In this document: one piece after another, positions 21,527-31,611 of the stretch | Numbering within the stretch: the stretch's first letter is position 1 | Layout of the letters: each line of letters starts with the position of its first letter | Assembly (NCBI GenBank): GCA_030584005.1 | Contig: CP129486.1 | Coordinates: forward strand, 2,219,971 to 2,283,970 | DNA length: 64,000 bases | Source of the DNA: Bdellovibrionota bacterium | GTDB lineage: Bacteria > Bdellovibrionota_C > UBA2361 > JAFLCA01 | Direction: 5' to 3' | Notes under the pieces: generated by a model | Databases searched by the model: none | Told to the model about the DNA's origin: nothing | Seen by the model: only the letters and a program-made list of their open reading frames with translations | Made by a program: the position numbers and the translations under genes

Positions 21527-23733
21527 CTCCTACGCGCCTCCTTGGCGCCGAGTCGAGTGGTTGAGGACGCTGACTCCTCCTCGCCGGGCTGTGCCCGCGC
21601 GCGCTCAACCTTAATTACCCCGGCCACCATCTCGATGGCCCGTTTTATCCGCTCGAGCTGACTGGCATCGGCAATCGTTATCTCAAAAGCGTTGACGGCC
21701 TTGCCGAGGCCGGTGGTTCGGCATTGAGCGCTATTGATGTTGGCACCATTGGTGGTAATGGCGTGACTCACATTTGCCAGCAATCCCATCTGGTCATGTG
21801 AATGCACCACCAGCCGGATTCTTCTCTGGGCACGCACGTCATTGTCCCACACCACCTCAACTTGCCGCTGCGGGTCGCTGTTCAGCACATGCGAGCAGTC
21901 CGCCGCATGTACCGTTACCCCGCGCCCACGGGTAATGAACCCGACGATACGATCTCCCGGCAGCGGTTCGCAGCATCGGGCAAAGCGCACCAGGATGTCA
22001 TCAAATCCATTCACCGAAACTCCCACCTTCTGTCGTGATGCCTTGGCAGCACGTTGAAAAATGCGCTCAAGCGGGGTTTCAACTTTGGCAGCCGGCTCTT
22101 CAACACTCTCCCCTTCCGGCAAGAGTTTGGCGACGACTCGGGTGACCGGCAATTTCCCGTATCCGATGTCGGCGAACAGATCGCCCTCGGTCTTGTACCC
22201 CATTTCCTCGGCCACGGTGAGCAACTTGCCGCTGGATTCAAGCTTCTTGAGGCTTTGCTTGACCTTGCGCAGATCCTTGGACAGCAGCTCGCTCCCCACC
22301 ACCACCGATCGAGCCCGTTCTTCCGATTTCAAGAAGGCCCGAATTCGCTGCTTGGCTTTGGAGGTCTTGACGAACTTGAGCCAATCTTTGCTCGGCACAT
22401 GAGACTTCGATGTAATGATCTCGACCGTATCCCCATTTCGAAGCCGATGGTCGAGCGGGACCATGGCCCCGTTGACCTTCGCACCGGTGGTGCGATGGCC
22501 CACATCCGTGTGCACCGCATAGGCGAAATCAACGGGGGTAGATGCGTACACAAGCCGCAGCAGATCACCCTTGGGGGTAAATACAAACACCTCCTCGGGG
22601 AACAGCTCGCCCTTAACCGATTGGATAAATTCATCCGGATTGCGCAGGTACTGTTGTGTTTCGACGAGATCGCGCACCCACTGCAGGTCAAACGCCGGCG
22701 CTCCCCCTTCTTTGTAACGCCAGTGTGCGGCGATACCCTCTTCGGCGATACGATGCATCTCAGGGGTACGAATTTGAATTTCGATGCGGTGTCCCCCGGG
22801 TCCAATCACCGTCGTGTGCAGCGATTGGTACATGTTGGGCTTGGGCATGGCGATGTAGTCTTTGAAGCGCCCGGGTACCGGCTTGAAACTGGAGTGAATG
22901 ATACCGAGCGACTCGTAACAAGCTCGTAATGTGGACACGACGATGCGGAACCCCAGCACATCGTATACTTCCTCAAAGCTGAGATTGTCGCGCTCCATCT
23001 TGGCCCAGATCGATGCCACGTGTTTGGCCCGCCCTGAGACCGAGCCTGACACCCCCGCCTCCTCCAGAAGCCTCGATATTTCACGGGTCGTTTGTTCGAT
23101 GTACTCGTCACGCTCCTTCTGGGTAACTTCGAGACGCTCTCGGAGCATGCGGTATATTTCCGGTCGCAGATAGAGCAGGCAGAGATCTTCGAGTTCCGAC
23201 TTCACCCAATGCAAACCGAGGCGATTGGCGAGCGGCGCATAAATATCTTTGGTTTCTTGTGCTTTTCGCCGTCGCTTCTCCTCGCGCACATACTGCAAGG
23301 TTCGCATGTTGTGCAGACGGTCGCACAACTTCACAAGCACCACGCGGATATCCTGCGCCATGGCGATCAGCATCTTGCGAAAGTTCTCGGCTTGCCTCTC
23401 CTCCGTCGAATCAAACTCAATACGGGTCAGTTTGGTGACCCCCTCCACGATATCAGCAACCTCATCGCCAAAGAGCTTGGCTAATTTTTCCCTCTCGACC
23501 GTGCAGTCTTCGATTGTGTCGTGGAGCAACGCAGCGGCTACAGAGGCCACATCGAGCTTCAGTTCACAGGCCAAGAGGGCGGTTTCTACGAGATGAGTTA
23601 AATAGGGCTCGCCCGATGCTCGTACCTGCGATCGGTGGTGTTCAGAAGCAAAGTCGTAGGCACGGCGCAATAAGTCGAGGTCCGGATTCGGATGGTATCT
23701 CTGGACGGCGGACGCAATCTTCTCAAAATCCAT
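21523..23733 (-). CDS. rel: bifunctional (p)ppGpp synthetase/hydrolase Rel/SpoT
   Basis: 736 aa. HD domain (LLHDTIEDC), RelA/SpoT synthetase domain, and TGS and ACT C-terminal domains. Start overlaps the htrA stop (ATGA-type). Confidence 0.85.
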   Translation of the reverse strand: MDFEKIASAVQRYHPNPDLDLLRRAYDFASEHHRSQVRASGEPYLTHLVETALLACELKLDVASVAAALLHDTIEDCTVEREKLAKLFGDEVADIVEGVTKLTRIEFDSTEERQAENFRKMLIAMAQDIRVVLVKLCDRLHNMRTLQYVREEKRRRKAQETKDIYAPLANRLGLHWVKSELEDLCLLYLRPEIYRMLRERLEVTQKERDEYIEQTTREISRLLEEAGVSGSVSGRAKHVASIWAKMERDNLSFEEVYDVLGFRIVVSTLRACYESLGIIHSSFKPVPGRFKDYIAMPKPNMYQSLHTTVIGPGGHRIEIQIRTPEMHRIAEEGIAAHWRYKEGGAPAFDLQWVRDLVETQQYLRNPDEFIQSVKGELFPEEVFVFTPKGDLLRLVYASTPVDFAYAVHTDVGHRTTGAKVNGAMVPLDHRLRNGDTVEIITSKSHVPSKDWLKFVKTSKAKQRIRAFLKSEERARSVVVGSELLSKDLRKVKQSLKKLESSGKLLTVAEEMGYKTEGDLFADIGYGKLPVTRVVAKLLPEGESVEEPAAKVETPLERIFQRAAKASRQKVGVSVNGFDDILVRFARCCEPLPGDRIVGFITRGRGVTVHAADCSHVLNSDPQRQVEVVWDNDVRAQRRIRLVVHSHDQMGLLANVSHAITTNGANINSAQCRTTGLGKAVNAFEITIADASQLERIKRAIEMVAGVIKVERARAQPGEEESASSTTRLGAKEARRR

Positions 23734-23827
23734 AACGCCACTAATCGACGCTGGGACCCCGCAAGGTATGCGTCAGAGGCTGCACACTACTCCCGACAAC
23801 ACGAAGCTTCCGTCGCCGACCGGGGCG

Positions 23828-24193
23828 CTACGACGCGCTGTGTCCGTTTTGAGTCGTTCCTTCAGCCTCAATTTCCGTTGACTCAGCGCTCGGTTGTGGA
23901 CGTTCCGTGAAAAGTTCGTCGCCGGCATTACGTGGGGTGCCAAGCAGTTCACGCTCGGCGCGCTCCTGTGCCAGTCGCGCTTCAAGCTCCGCCTTCTCCT
24001 CGGCCGTCATGAAGCGAACTTCACCCGCTGCAATTTCACGGAGCGCCGTTACCACAGCCTTGTTGCCCTTGGTGTCTCGGATCTTTACCGCCGAGCCGCG
24101 CAGGATTTGCTTGCTGCGTTTGGCAGCCAACAGCACGAGAGAGAAGCGGTTATTTTCATGCTCAAGGCAATCTTCAACGGTTATGCGAGCCAT
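23828..24193 (-). CDS. rpoZ: DNA-directed RNA polymerase subunit omega
   Basis: Starts [30 protein letters not shown], the RpoZ signature. Confidence 0.8.
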   Translation of the reverse strand: MARITVEDCLEHENNRFSLVLLAAKRSKQILRGSAVKIRDTKGNKAVVTALREIAAGEVRFMTAEEKAELEARLAQERAERELLGTPRNAGDELFTERPQPSAESTEIEAEGTTQNGHSAS

Positions 24194-24376
24194 ACTATTT
24201 TTCTTCCTGTAATGAGATTTTTATGAACCGCTGTGGGCCAGTGACAAGCCGAGCCTCTACAAGCGGAGCGGGAGCTATTCCTTAACGCGACCAAAGACCT
24301 GAAGCAATCTCAGGCTACCTACGGGCAGCTGAGGCCCAAGTGATAAGCCAAAACAACATACTACAACCTATTGATT

Positions 24377-25558
24377 TTACGAGCAAGCGGTCCGACCGAG
24401 GCCCTGGCGATGCCCCCATTGCAGCCCTGATCCCACAGGATGGCTCAGAATACGTCCCCCGCCTAAGACTTCGGTATTGCTCTTATCGTAAAAAACGCAG
24501 GCCTGTCCCGGGGTCACCGGGGTCCACTCATTGAGGAAGCGCACCTCTGCTGAACCATCCGCGCAGGTTCGTACCGTGGCCCGTACCCCCGGATTGCGGT
24601 AGCGAAGCTGTGCAACTACCTCGATCGGCTCCTGGGGACCCCCTGCGGTGGCTAGGGCGGGAGATACCCAATTCAGTTCCTGGACCGAAAATGACTCCCG
24701 CTCCAATTCACTGCGTACGCCGACTGTGACCTTATTCGACGTGCGATCGATAGCCAGCACGTACAGAGGCTCCGCCGTCCCGCTCACCCCAAGGCCGCGG
24801 CGTTGGCCGACAGTGAAATTCTGGATACCCTCATGACTGCCGAGGATCTCGCCTTGGGAGTTGACTATGGCGCCGCCTTGCGACTTTCGCCCCCCGATGC
24901 GGGTAACGAACTCACCCACCGAGCCTGAGACAAAACAAACATCCTGACTTTCGGGCTTCTCTGCCGTCTTGAGCCCGAACTCACGAGCCAACTCCCGCAC
25001 CTGAGCTTTGGTCATCCCGCCAACGGGAAACAACGTGTGCGGCAGCTCCTCCTGTCTAAGTCCATACAGGAAGTAGCTCTGGTCCTTCTCTCCATCCTGT
25101 CCACGCTTCAGGTGCCAGCCCGCTTCGCTCCGTTCAATTTGGGCGTAGTGTCCCGTGGCAACTGAATAGAATCCCATGCGTCGTGCGCGCTCTCGAAGCG
25201 CCAGGAACTTAACTCTGTTGTTGCAATCGACACAGGGATTGGGGGTAACACCCGCATGGTAGCTTTCGACAAATCTATCGATGACCTCATGCCGGAAGAG
25301 CTCCTCAAAGTCGAAGACGTAGTACGGCACACCCACCCGAGCCGCCACCTGCCGCGCATCCATGAAATCGGAGGGAGCGCAGCAGGTGGCACGGCTGTCG
25401 CACCCTCCATGCTGCCGGTAATCCCACACCTGCATCGACACGCCGATAATCTCGTAGCCCTGCTCATGAAGCAGCAGCGCCGCCACTGAGGAATCGACAC
25501 CGCCCGACATGGCAACGACGACCTTCGCCCCATTTGATGCGTCCTGTGCCGGGCTCAT
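24377..25558 (-). CDS. mnmA: tRNA-specific 2-thiouridylase MnmA
   Basis: PP-loop VVVAMSGGVDSSVAA and overall MnmA architecture. Start taken at MSPAQ so that it overlaps the upstream stop by 4 nt. Confidence 0.85.
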   Translation of the reverse strand: MSPAQDASNGAKVVVAMSGGVDSSVAALLLHEQGYEIIGVSMQVWDYRQHGGCDSRATCCAPSDFMDARQVAARVGVPYYVFDFEELFRHEVIDRFVESYHAGVTPNPCVDCNNRVKFLALRERARRMGFYSVATGHYAQIERSEAGWHLKRGQDGEKDQSYFLYGLRQEELPHTLFPVGGMTKAQVRELAREFGLKTAEKPESQDVCFVSGSVGEFVTRIGGRKSQGGAIVNSQGEILGSHEGIQNFTVGQRRGLGVSGTAEPLYVLAIDRTSNKVTVGVRSELERESFSVQELNWVSPALATAGGPQEPIEVVAQLRYRNPGVRATVRTCADGSAEVRFLNEWTPVTPGQACVFYDKSNTEVLGGGRILSHPVGSGLQWGHRQGLGRTACS

Positions 25559-26697
25559 TGCGCACCTCTCATCGTTGCGACGCACTCGGCCAGAATCTCC
25601 ATGCCTCGCTCCACAACGCTATCGTCCATGAATAACTCAAGGCTGATTCGAATGGTCTCAGACGCATGCGTATCATCAAAGCCCATGCCGCGCAGGACAT
25701 GTGATGACTCGGGTTTCCCGGATGCACACGCGGCACCCGAGGAGATGTGCAGTCCACGGGTATCAGCTGCCACCACCAAGTCGTCGGCGGGGCAGCCAGT
25801 GACCCTGACGCTTATCGTCGAGTCGATGGCCCCATTAGCTGCATGATGCACGATGGTATCAGGCAGCAGTTCCTCGAGCATCTGCAGCACCATGCGCCGT
25901 TGACGAGACAGCCGCTTCATTATCTCGTCCTGCCGCTCATGAATCTCCTTGGCAGCGACACCGAGGCTCGCGATACCGAGCACATTTTCCGTGCCCGCAC
26001 GCCAACGCAGTTCTTGCGGTCCTCCACGCAGCAAGGAGCGGCACTGCACCCGTGTCGTATCCACTATCAGCGCTCCCACACCAGTGAGCGCCCCAACCTT
26101 ATGGCCAGAGATGGTGGCCATGTCGAGCCTTAGCTCGGCGGGCGCGATAGCCATCTTTCCAAGGGCAGCCACGACATCGCTATGCAGTACACAATGCGGC
26201 GCCTTAGAACGAATCGCCCGGGCAAGCGCCTCCACGGGAAAGCAGTGTCCGGTTTCATTATTGGCGAGCATCAACGAGGCAAATCTCAACTCTGAGCCGA
26301 TATCTTGGGGCAACGGTGTGAGCGTCCCGTTACGCTGCACCGTCAAGCTCCTGATCTGGAATCCATGTCCTGCCGCATGATCAGCCGAAGCCAGCACACA
26401 TGGATGTTCTACCGCGGTAGTCAGTATAGTGCCTGCAGCGTGACCGCAGGTGGCTAAGTAGAAGGCCAAGTTGTTAGCCTCGGTGGCACCCGAAGTAAAT
26501 ACAACCCGGTACGATGGAGGCAGCCTAAGGAGCGTTGAAACCCGATCCCTGGCCTCTTCGATCAGCACCCGCGCCGCCTGGCCGCCTCGGTGCACGGAGC
26601 TCGGATTACGGGCAGCGCCGTCAAAATCAGCCAGGAAGCTCCTGACTGAGGACAGCAGGGTGTGGCCGGCATTGGCATCAAAGTTAATGTAATCCAC
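25555..26697 (-). CDS. cysteine desulfurase (class V aminotransferase, NifS/IscS-like)
   Basis: 380 aa. PLP-lysine motif SGHKV and a C-terminal conserved Cys-containing loop GAACASG. Confidence 0.75.
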   Translation of the reverse strand: MDYINFDANAGHTLLSSVRSFLADFDGAARNPSSVHRGGQAARVLIEEARDRVSTLLRLPPSYRVVFTSGATEANNLAFYLATCGHAAGTILTTAVEHPCVLASADHAAGHGFQIRSLTVQRNGTLTPLPQDIGSELRFASLMLANNETGHCFPVEALARAIRSKAPHCVLHSDVVAALGKMAIAPAELRLDMATISGHKVGALTGVGALIVDTTRVQCRSLLRGGPQELRWRAGTENVLGIASLGVAAKEIHERQDEIMKRLSRQRRMVLQMLEELLPDTIVHHAANGAIDSTISVRVTGCPADDLVVAADTRGLHISSGAACASGKPESSHVLRGMGFDDTHASETIRISLELFMDDSVVERGMEILAECVATMRGAQ

Positions 26698-26803
26698 TGC
26701 TTATGCCCAAAAGAAAAGCGCCTCAGAATATAAAGAGTGCCCCAAGGATCTCCGATGTACCAAGTGAATGGGTCCAGTCTATAAGGGACCGCGGGATTTT
26801 ACG

Positions 26804-27115
26804 ATGGCCTCACCAATTACGCAAAACGTAGCAATCGGCGCAGCCAGTGCGGTGCAGTCGACACAGCTTGCCAACGTCTCGCGTGAGGGCGGCTTCTCAC
26901 GATCGGCCACTCAGGCCATCCAAAAGACCCAACAGATAGCCGACAAGGCAACAGTAAGTGCCGAGGCCAAGTCCAAATTGAAAACCACATCGCCCAAGAA
27001 GGAGCGCTTAGATGGTGCCTTTGAGTCAACATCCTCCAAAGCAACCAGCTCCAAGACGAAGGCCCGCGACGATGGCGAAGTGGCGATCCAGCCGACCGTC
27101 GATGTCATTGCGTAG
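26804..27115 (+). CDS. hypothetical Lys/Ser-rich protein
   Basis: ORF 26768..27115. Low-complexity K/S/T/A-rich sequence. Start uncertain. Confidence 0.3.
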   Translation: MASPITQNVAIGAASAVQSTQLANVSREGGFSRSATQAIQKTQQIADKATVSAEAKSKLKTTSPKKERLDGAFESTSSKATSSKTKARDDGEVAIQPTVDVIA

Positions 27116-27430
27116 CACGAAGTCATGGCGCTGCCTCGGTTACATCCCTTTTCAAATCCCCCCCTACGAAGGATACGCTAAAGGTACTCAGCGTATCCCT
27201 AACGCAGCGAGCACCAATCTCCTACCATAGTCGATGTCCCTTCGATTTGGCTCAATCGGTGTGACCAACCGGAAACTCCGCGCCCAACGATCCGATAACT
27301 TTTGTGCTGTTCGCTGTAAACCGAACCCGAACATTGCGTGGAGCCGAATCGATAGCCTCAACATGAAATGGTTGGCACAATTTCTCTCAAGACAAAGGCG
27401 CTCTTTCAGGGACGAGAGGTAACACAGCTC

Positions 27431-27907
27431 ATGCAATGCTCATTACCAGGGGTACTTCTGATCATTTTGCTAGCCTTTGCCCGCTACCTGGTCCAAGAAT
27501 CTCAACTACTCAGGTCGCCTCCTCCGCCCGATATCGAGCATCTGTGCAGGGCTAACGCTGAGGCCATGCTCGCCTGCGGATTGAAACTACCGCTAGCCGA
27601 AGCAAGTTTGTATGAGCTTGAGCTTATTCCCGGCCTCGGGGCAACGCTGGCCGAGCGGATCTATCTCAGTCGAGCACGCATCATTGCCACAGCATCGAGC
27701 TACCCACAAAAGGACCACCATCACGCACTCGAAATAGTGCATGGAATCGGACCAAAGTCAGCACAGGCCCTCCAAGAGTATTTGGATCTCTCAGCCCCTG
27801 CCGCTCCGCTCGAAAAAACGCGGGCGGGCTCTCCGTCATCTAAAACAGTCGCACAAGAGCATCCATGCAACACTCTCCGGGAAGCCCGCATAACGATAGA
27901 TAGCTGA
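27431..27907 (+). CDS. ComEA-like helix-hairpin-helix DNA-binding protein
   Basis: Signal or anchor N-terminus LPGVLLIILLAFA. Two HhH motifs, LIPGLGATLAERI and IVHGIGPKSAQAL. Confidence 0.5.
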   Translation: MQCSLPGVLLIILLAFARYLVQESQLLRSPPPPDIEHLCRANAEAMLACGLKLPLAEASLYELELIPGLGATLAERIYLSRARIIATASSYPQKDHHHALEIVHGIGPKSAQALQEYLDLSAPAAPLEKTRAGSPSSKTVAQEHPCNTLREARITIDS

Positions 27908-28018
27908 TTTGCGGCAAGGGGGAGCGGCAAACAGCGAGAAGGTTATCACGCTGCCCCTGGTTCTAGCGCTCACGATCGCAGCTAGCGCTTTATTAGTTCT
28001 GTTGCTGGGGGTTTTATC

Positions 28019-29269
28019 ATGGCGTCCGCCTGGGTCTGTCTGCCCGTTTCTGTTCGCATTGCATCAACTTCACTCTCATTCGCGATTGCGCTCCTTGTGT
28101 CCGTGGGGACACCGATCGATGCATCCGCCGGGGATGCACTCGCTAAGAAGGTGTCGCGTCAAGGGCGCGTGATAAAGAAGGTAGATAAGCGGCTTCGCAC
28201 TGTAGAAATAGATGTGGCGGCGCAAGGGAGCGCAATAAATACCCTGACACAACTGAGCCAGGAGACAAGTGATCAGGTGTTAAATATCTACAATCAAATT
28301 ACGACCGGTGGCGCGGGGTCCCCGGGGGCAAAGGGAGCCGATGGTTTTGATTGCTTCGATCTGAATCAAAATCGGATCAAAGACCTGGCTGAAGATCTCA
28401 ACGATGACGGCGTCGTGAATGTGCTCGATTGCCGAGGAGAAGAAGGAGCAGTGGGAGCACAGGGTGAAGCCGGGCCGCAGGGTATTCAGGGTGAAGCAGG
28501 GCCGCAGGGCCCTCAGGGTGAAGCCGGGCCCCAGGGCCCAGCCGGCCCGCAGGGGGATCAGGGTCCAACTGGGCCACAAGGTCCCGCAGGTCCTGCCGGC
28601 GATAGGGGACCACAGGGATTCACCGGCTCACAAGGACCAGCGGGCCCACAAGGACCAACCGGTGCCACAGGAGCAACCGGTGCTCAGGGACCGCAGGGTC
28701 TCCCGGGAGATCGAGGACCGGCAGGTCCTCCAGGCCCAACCGGTCCGGCAGGACCGCCGGGACCGAATCTCAATCTGGTATGGGGGAAGGACTACCTCGA
28801 CTGGTGGGATGCTGACCTCGGATCTGATCCTTACGATGCCTTTGATGTGTCTAATGCGGGGCTCTGCAGCAACGGGGCCTTCCCCGGAGCGGGCGGAGGA
28901 ATTTCTCTGGGCACTCTATCCCAGCAGATCTCGGGACAGAAGCTTGCGCCGGGCGGCACTTATCACCTCACCGTATGGGGAGAGTTGGGGAACTTCGGCA
29001 ATGAAAGCGCCTTCGACTCCTGGATTGCGGTTCGACATTGGCTCGGCGGATCAAGCTATCTTTGGAAACGGGGTGGCGGTCGTGGCGCTAACTATCCGGA
29101 TGGCAATGCCCCCTATTCGACCAGCTTCTTTGTAACAGCGGATGCGAATGGCGATGTGCTGTTCCGTGCCCCCTGCAACAACGGGCGTTTTCCACGGATT
29201 GAGTTACTTTCGTATAAGGTAACTCGCTGCAGTATCGGCTATCTCTCGGACCTCAGTATCCTCGACTAG
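28019..29269 (+). CDS. collagen-like triple-helix repeat protein
   Basis: About 38 uninterrupted Gly-X-Y triplets ([19 protein letters not shown]...GPAGPPGP). N-terminal hydrophobic anchor, a coiled-coil-like segment, and a C-terminal globular domain of about 160 aa. Alternate-frame ORFs over the repeat are artefacts. Confidence 0.7.
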   Translation: MASAWVCLPVSVRIASTSLSFAIALLVSVGTPIDASAGDALAKKVSRQGRVIKKVDKRLRTVEIDVAAQGSAINTLTQLSQETSDQVLNIYNQITTGGAGSPGAKGADGFDCFDLNQNRIKDLAEDLNDDGVVNVLDCRGEEGAVGAQGEAGPQGIQGEAGPQGPQGEAGPQGPAGPQGDQGPTGPQGPAGPAGDRGPQGFTGSQGPAGPQGPTGATGATGAQGPQGLPGDRGPAGPPGPTGPAGPPGPNLNLVWGKDYLDWWDADLGSDPYDAFDVSNAGLCSNGAFPGAGGGISLGTLSQQISGQKLAPGGTYHLTVWGELGNFGNESAFDSWIAVRHWLGGSSYLWKRGGGRGANYPDGNAPYSTSFFVTADANGDVLFRAPCNNGRFPRIELLSYKVTRCSIGYLSDLSILD

Positions 29270-29541
29270 CCCTAAAATTGCGCGATCCAGTCTACGATGT
29301 GGGAAAAAGTGCTCGAAATCACTGGCTCATTCTTTGCTTGCAACGGCTCTGCACAATAATGGAAATCAGCAGTATTGTCGGTGCTGCCGCAAGCAAGAAT
29401 TCGCCGTCAATTCCTCACACTTTTTCCTGCCATGGGTTCGGCTTCATGCAACAATGCGGCTAGGAGTGTTTCTTCACTCCTCACAATAGCCATCTATTGT
29501 GGCAGGGGCCGGCCTCCTACCAGCGGCAAGGTCCCCGCCCC

Positions 29542-30810
29542 TTACACAGCCGGCACCGACACGCTCTCCACAGGAATCTCGCCTGGCGTTTCAGAGAGAT
29601 CAATGAGTCCATCATGCAGCACCCGCACTGCGACTTCGCAGTACTTACGCGGCACTACCACCGAGATGCGGATGTCAGAGGTCGATATCATTCGTACATC
29701 GATCCCCTCACCTGCCAGGAGCGAGAACACCCGCGCGGCGACATCAGCGTGATATCGGATTCCTGCGCCGACCACCGAGACGCGGGCCAAATCACGCTCC
29801 AATGATGCGCCACGGGCACCCAGTTCGGGCACAAGCTGCTGTACTATGTGGAGCGCTCTTTCACTCTTTTCATCAGGCACATTGAAGCTGATGTCGGTAT
29901 GACCATTTGAGTAGCCTGTCTGCGTGATCATATCGAGGCCTATCTGCTCTTTTGCCAGCGCAGAAAAAATGAGCTTGAGCGGCTGGCTCGTAGAAGAGAG
30001 TCGCTCTACCGTAAGCTTGGCTTCATCCAAGCGGTATGCAATGCCGACTATCGAGGGCTTTTCCATAATTCGATCCTCACTCACTATCCACGTTCCCCCG
30101 CCGTGGCTAAACGATGAGAGCACCACAAGGGGGACCTTGTAGCGCATGGCAAAAAAGACACTCCTTGGGTGAAGGACCTTGGCGCCAAGAGAGGCAAGCT
30201 CAAGCATCTCCTCATGACTCACCTTGCCCATGCGCCGAGGCTGCTTCACGATTCGTGGATCCGCCGAGTACACTCCATCCACGTCCGTATATATGTAGCA
30301 AGCCTCGGCACGAAGAGCCGCGGCAAGCGCCACCGCAGAAATGTCAGAACCTCCCCGCCCCAGAGTGGTGAGATCTCCTCCCGCGGTGATCCCTTGAAAG
30401 CCGGTCACCACGACCGTTTTCCCCTGCGCTAGCTCGTTCTGAACCCGCTCACTACTGATCCGCTCGATATGAGCGGATTGATGTTGTTGATCAGTGAGAA
30501 TCGGCAGCTGGAAGGCATTCAAACTTATCGCCGGGACCCCTGCATCCTCGAGCGCCATGGCGAGGAGCGCGCAGGAGACCTGCTCTCCCGTTGCGGCAAC
30601 CGCATCGAGCTCGCGTGGATATGTGTTCTGGGTAAGGTTTCGCGCAAGGCTTAGCAGCCGATCGGTTTCGCCACTCATTGCTGAGGCTACGACGACGATT
30701 TGAGCATCCGGGTGCTTGGACCTGAATGTGGCTACCCGCGTGGCTGCAGCGTGGATTCGTTGGAGGGATCCCACGGAGGTGCCGCCGAATTTCTTCACTA
30801 TAATGGTCAT
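29542..30810 (-). CDS. lysC: aspartate kinase
   Basis: Starts MTIIVKKFGGTSVGS, the amino-acid kinase fold. Two C-terminal ACT domains. Confidence 0.85.
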   Translation of the reverse strand: MTIIVKKFGGTSVGSLQRIHAAATRVATFRSKHPDAQIVVVASAMSGETDRLLSLARNLTQNTYPRELDAVAATGEQVSCALLAMALEDAGVPAISLNAFQLPILTDQQHQSAHIERISSERVQNELAQGKTVVVTGFQGITAGGDLTTLGRGGSDISAVALAAALRAEACYIYTDVDGVYSADPRIVKQPRRMGKVSHEEMLELASLGAKVLHPRSVFFAMRYKVPLVVLSSFSHGGGTWIVSEDRIMEKPSIVGIAYRLDEAKLTVERLSSTSQPLKLIFSALAKEQIGLDMITQTGYSNGHTDISFNVPDEKSERALHIVQQLVPELGARGASLERDLARVSVVGAGIRYHADVAARVFSLLAGEGIDVRMISTSDIRISVVVPRKYCEVAVRVLHDGLIDLSETPGEIPVESVSVPAV

Positions 30811-30949
30811 TATTTGCGCAAACTCAGTGATTCTAGGCAGTTACGATTTAGATAAATTATCTCCAATTCTCATGAAACACTTTATTAATTCCCCCAGATA
30901 ACTATTATCGAGGGCCGAAGTAATTCGGGGGGCAATAAGGGTAGTTGTT

Positions 30950-31504
30950 ATGTGTACCAAATCTAAATCCCATTGCCACGGTGCAGCGCTCGTCGAGTTC
31001 GCCATCGTACTCCCGCTCCTTATACTTTTCATTCAGATATTAATGCACATCGGCTGGGCCTTTACCCAGCTCACCTGGGTTAGCCAGACCACGTATCACG
31101 TAGCGATGGTAGGGTCGGAGAACCCCGTCAATGGCGGACAGGGCCCGATGCTCGGTAGAAAGGACTTCCTCGAACAGATCCAGAACCGCTGGATGCACGG
31201 ACCTCTGGGGGACGCCATCGAGTACGATGAAGAGAACTCCACCGTGGCGGTGACCCTGAACGGCCAGGTCCCCGCAATCCTATGGGCATTCACCCAGGGA
31301 ATGGGTGTACGCGTTACCGCCCCGGTTTTAGTCGCAGGCGACGGCGAGGTGGGTGACCTCAATCGGTTTGTGAACCCAGACCCGTTCTACGACTGCGAGG
31401 GAAATGAGTGCGAGGGGTCAGGACCCTGTGAGCCCACCCAGTGCACTCTAATCCCAAAGCCAAACTTCTCAGAACTTGAGGAGTATGGCTGTGACGAGTG
31501 TTAA
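30950..31504 (+). CDS. TadE-like pseudopilin-family protein with Cys-rich C-terminus
   Basis: N-terminal TadE motif GAALVEFAIVLPLLILF. C-terminal CEGNECEGSGPCEPTQC...CDEC. Confidence 0.55.
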   Translation: MCTKSKSHCHGAALVEFAIVLPLLILFIQILMHIGWAFTQLTWVSQTTYHVAMVGSENPVNGGQGPMLGRKDFLEQIQNRWMHGPLGDAIEYDEENSTVAVTLNGQVPAILWAFTQGMGVRVTAPVLVAGDGEVGDLNRFVNPDPFYDCEGNECEGSGPCEPTQCTLIPKPNFSELEEYGCDEC

Positions 31505-31611
31505 AGCCCGGGTGAAAACTGTCCTCTTGCGGTATGCGGTCCGTGATGGCTTGATCACAACTTCCTCGCCGGAAGTGCTAGGATCGAGCTAACTAAGGAG
31601 GGTTTTGCTGC

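Noticed and set aside
28280-29135. ORFs 28280..28579(-), 28398..28613(-) and 28419..29135(+) over the collagen repeat
   Set aside because: Alternate-frame translations of the GC-rich Gly-X-Y repeat give Pro/Arg/Gly-rich junk. The in-frame collagen-like CDS 28019..29269 explains the region.
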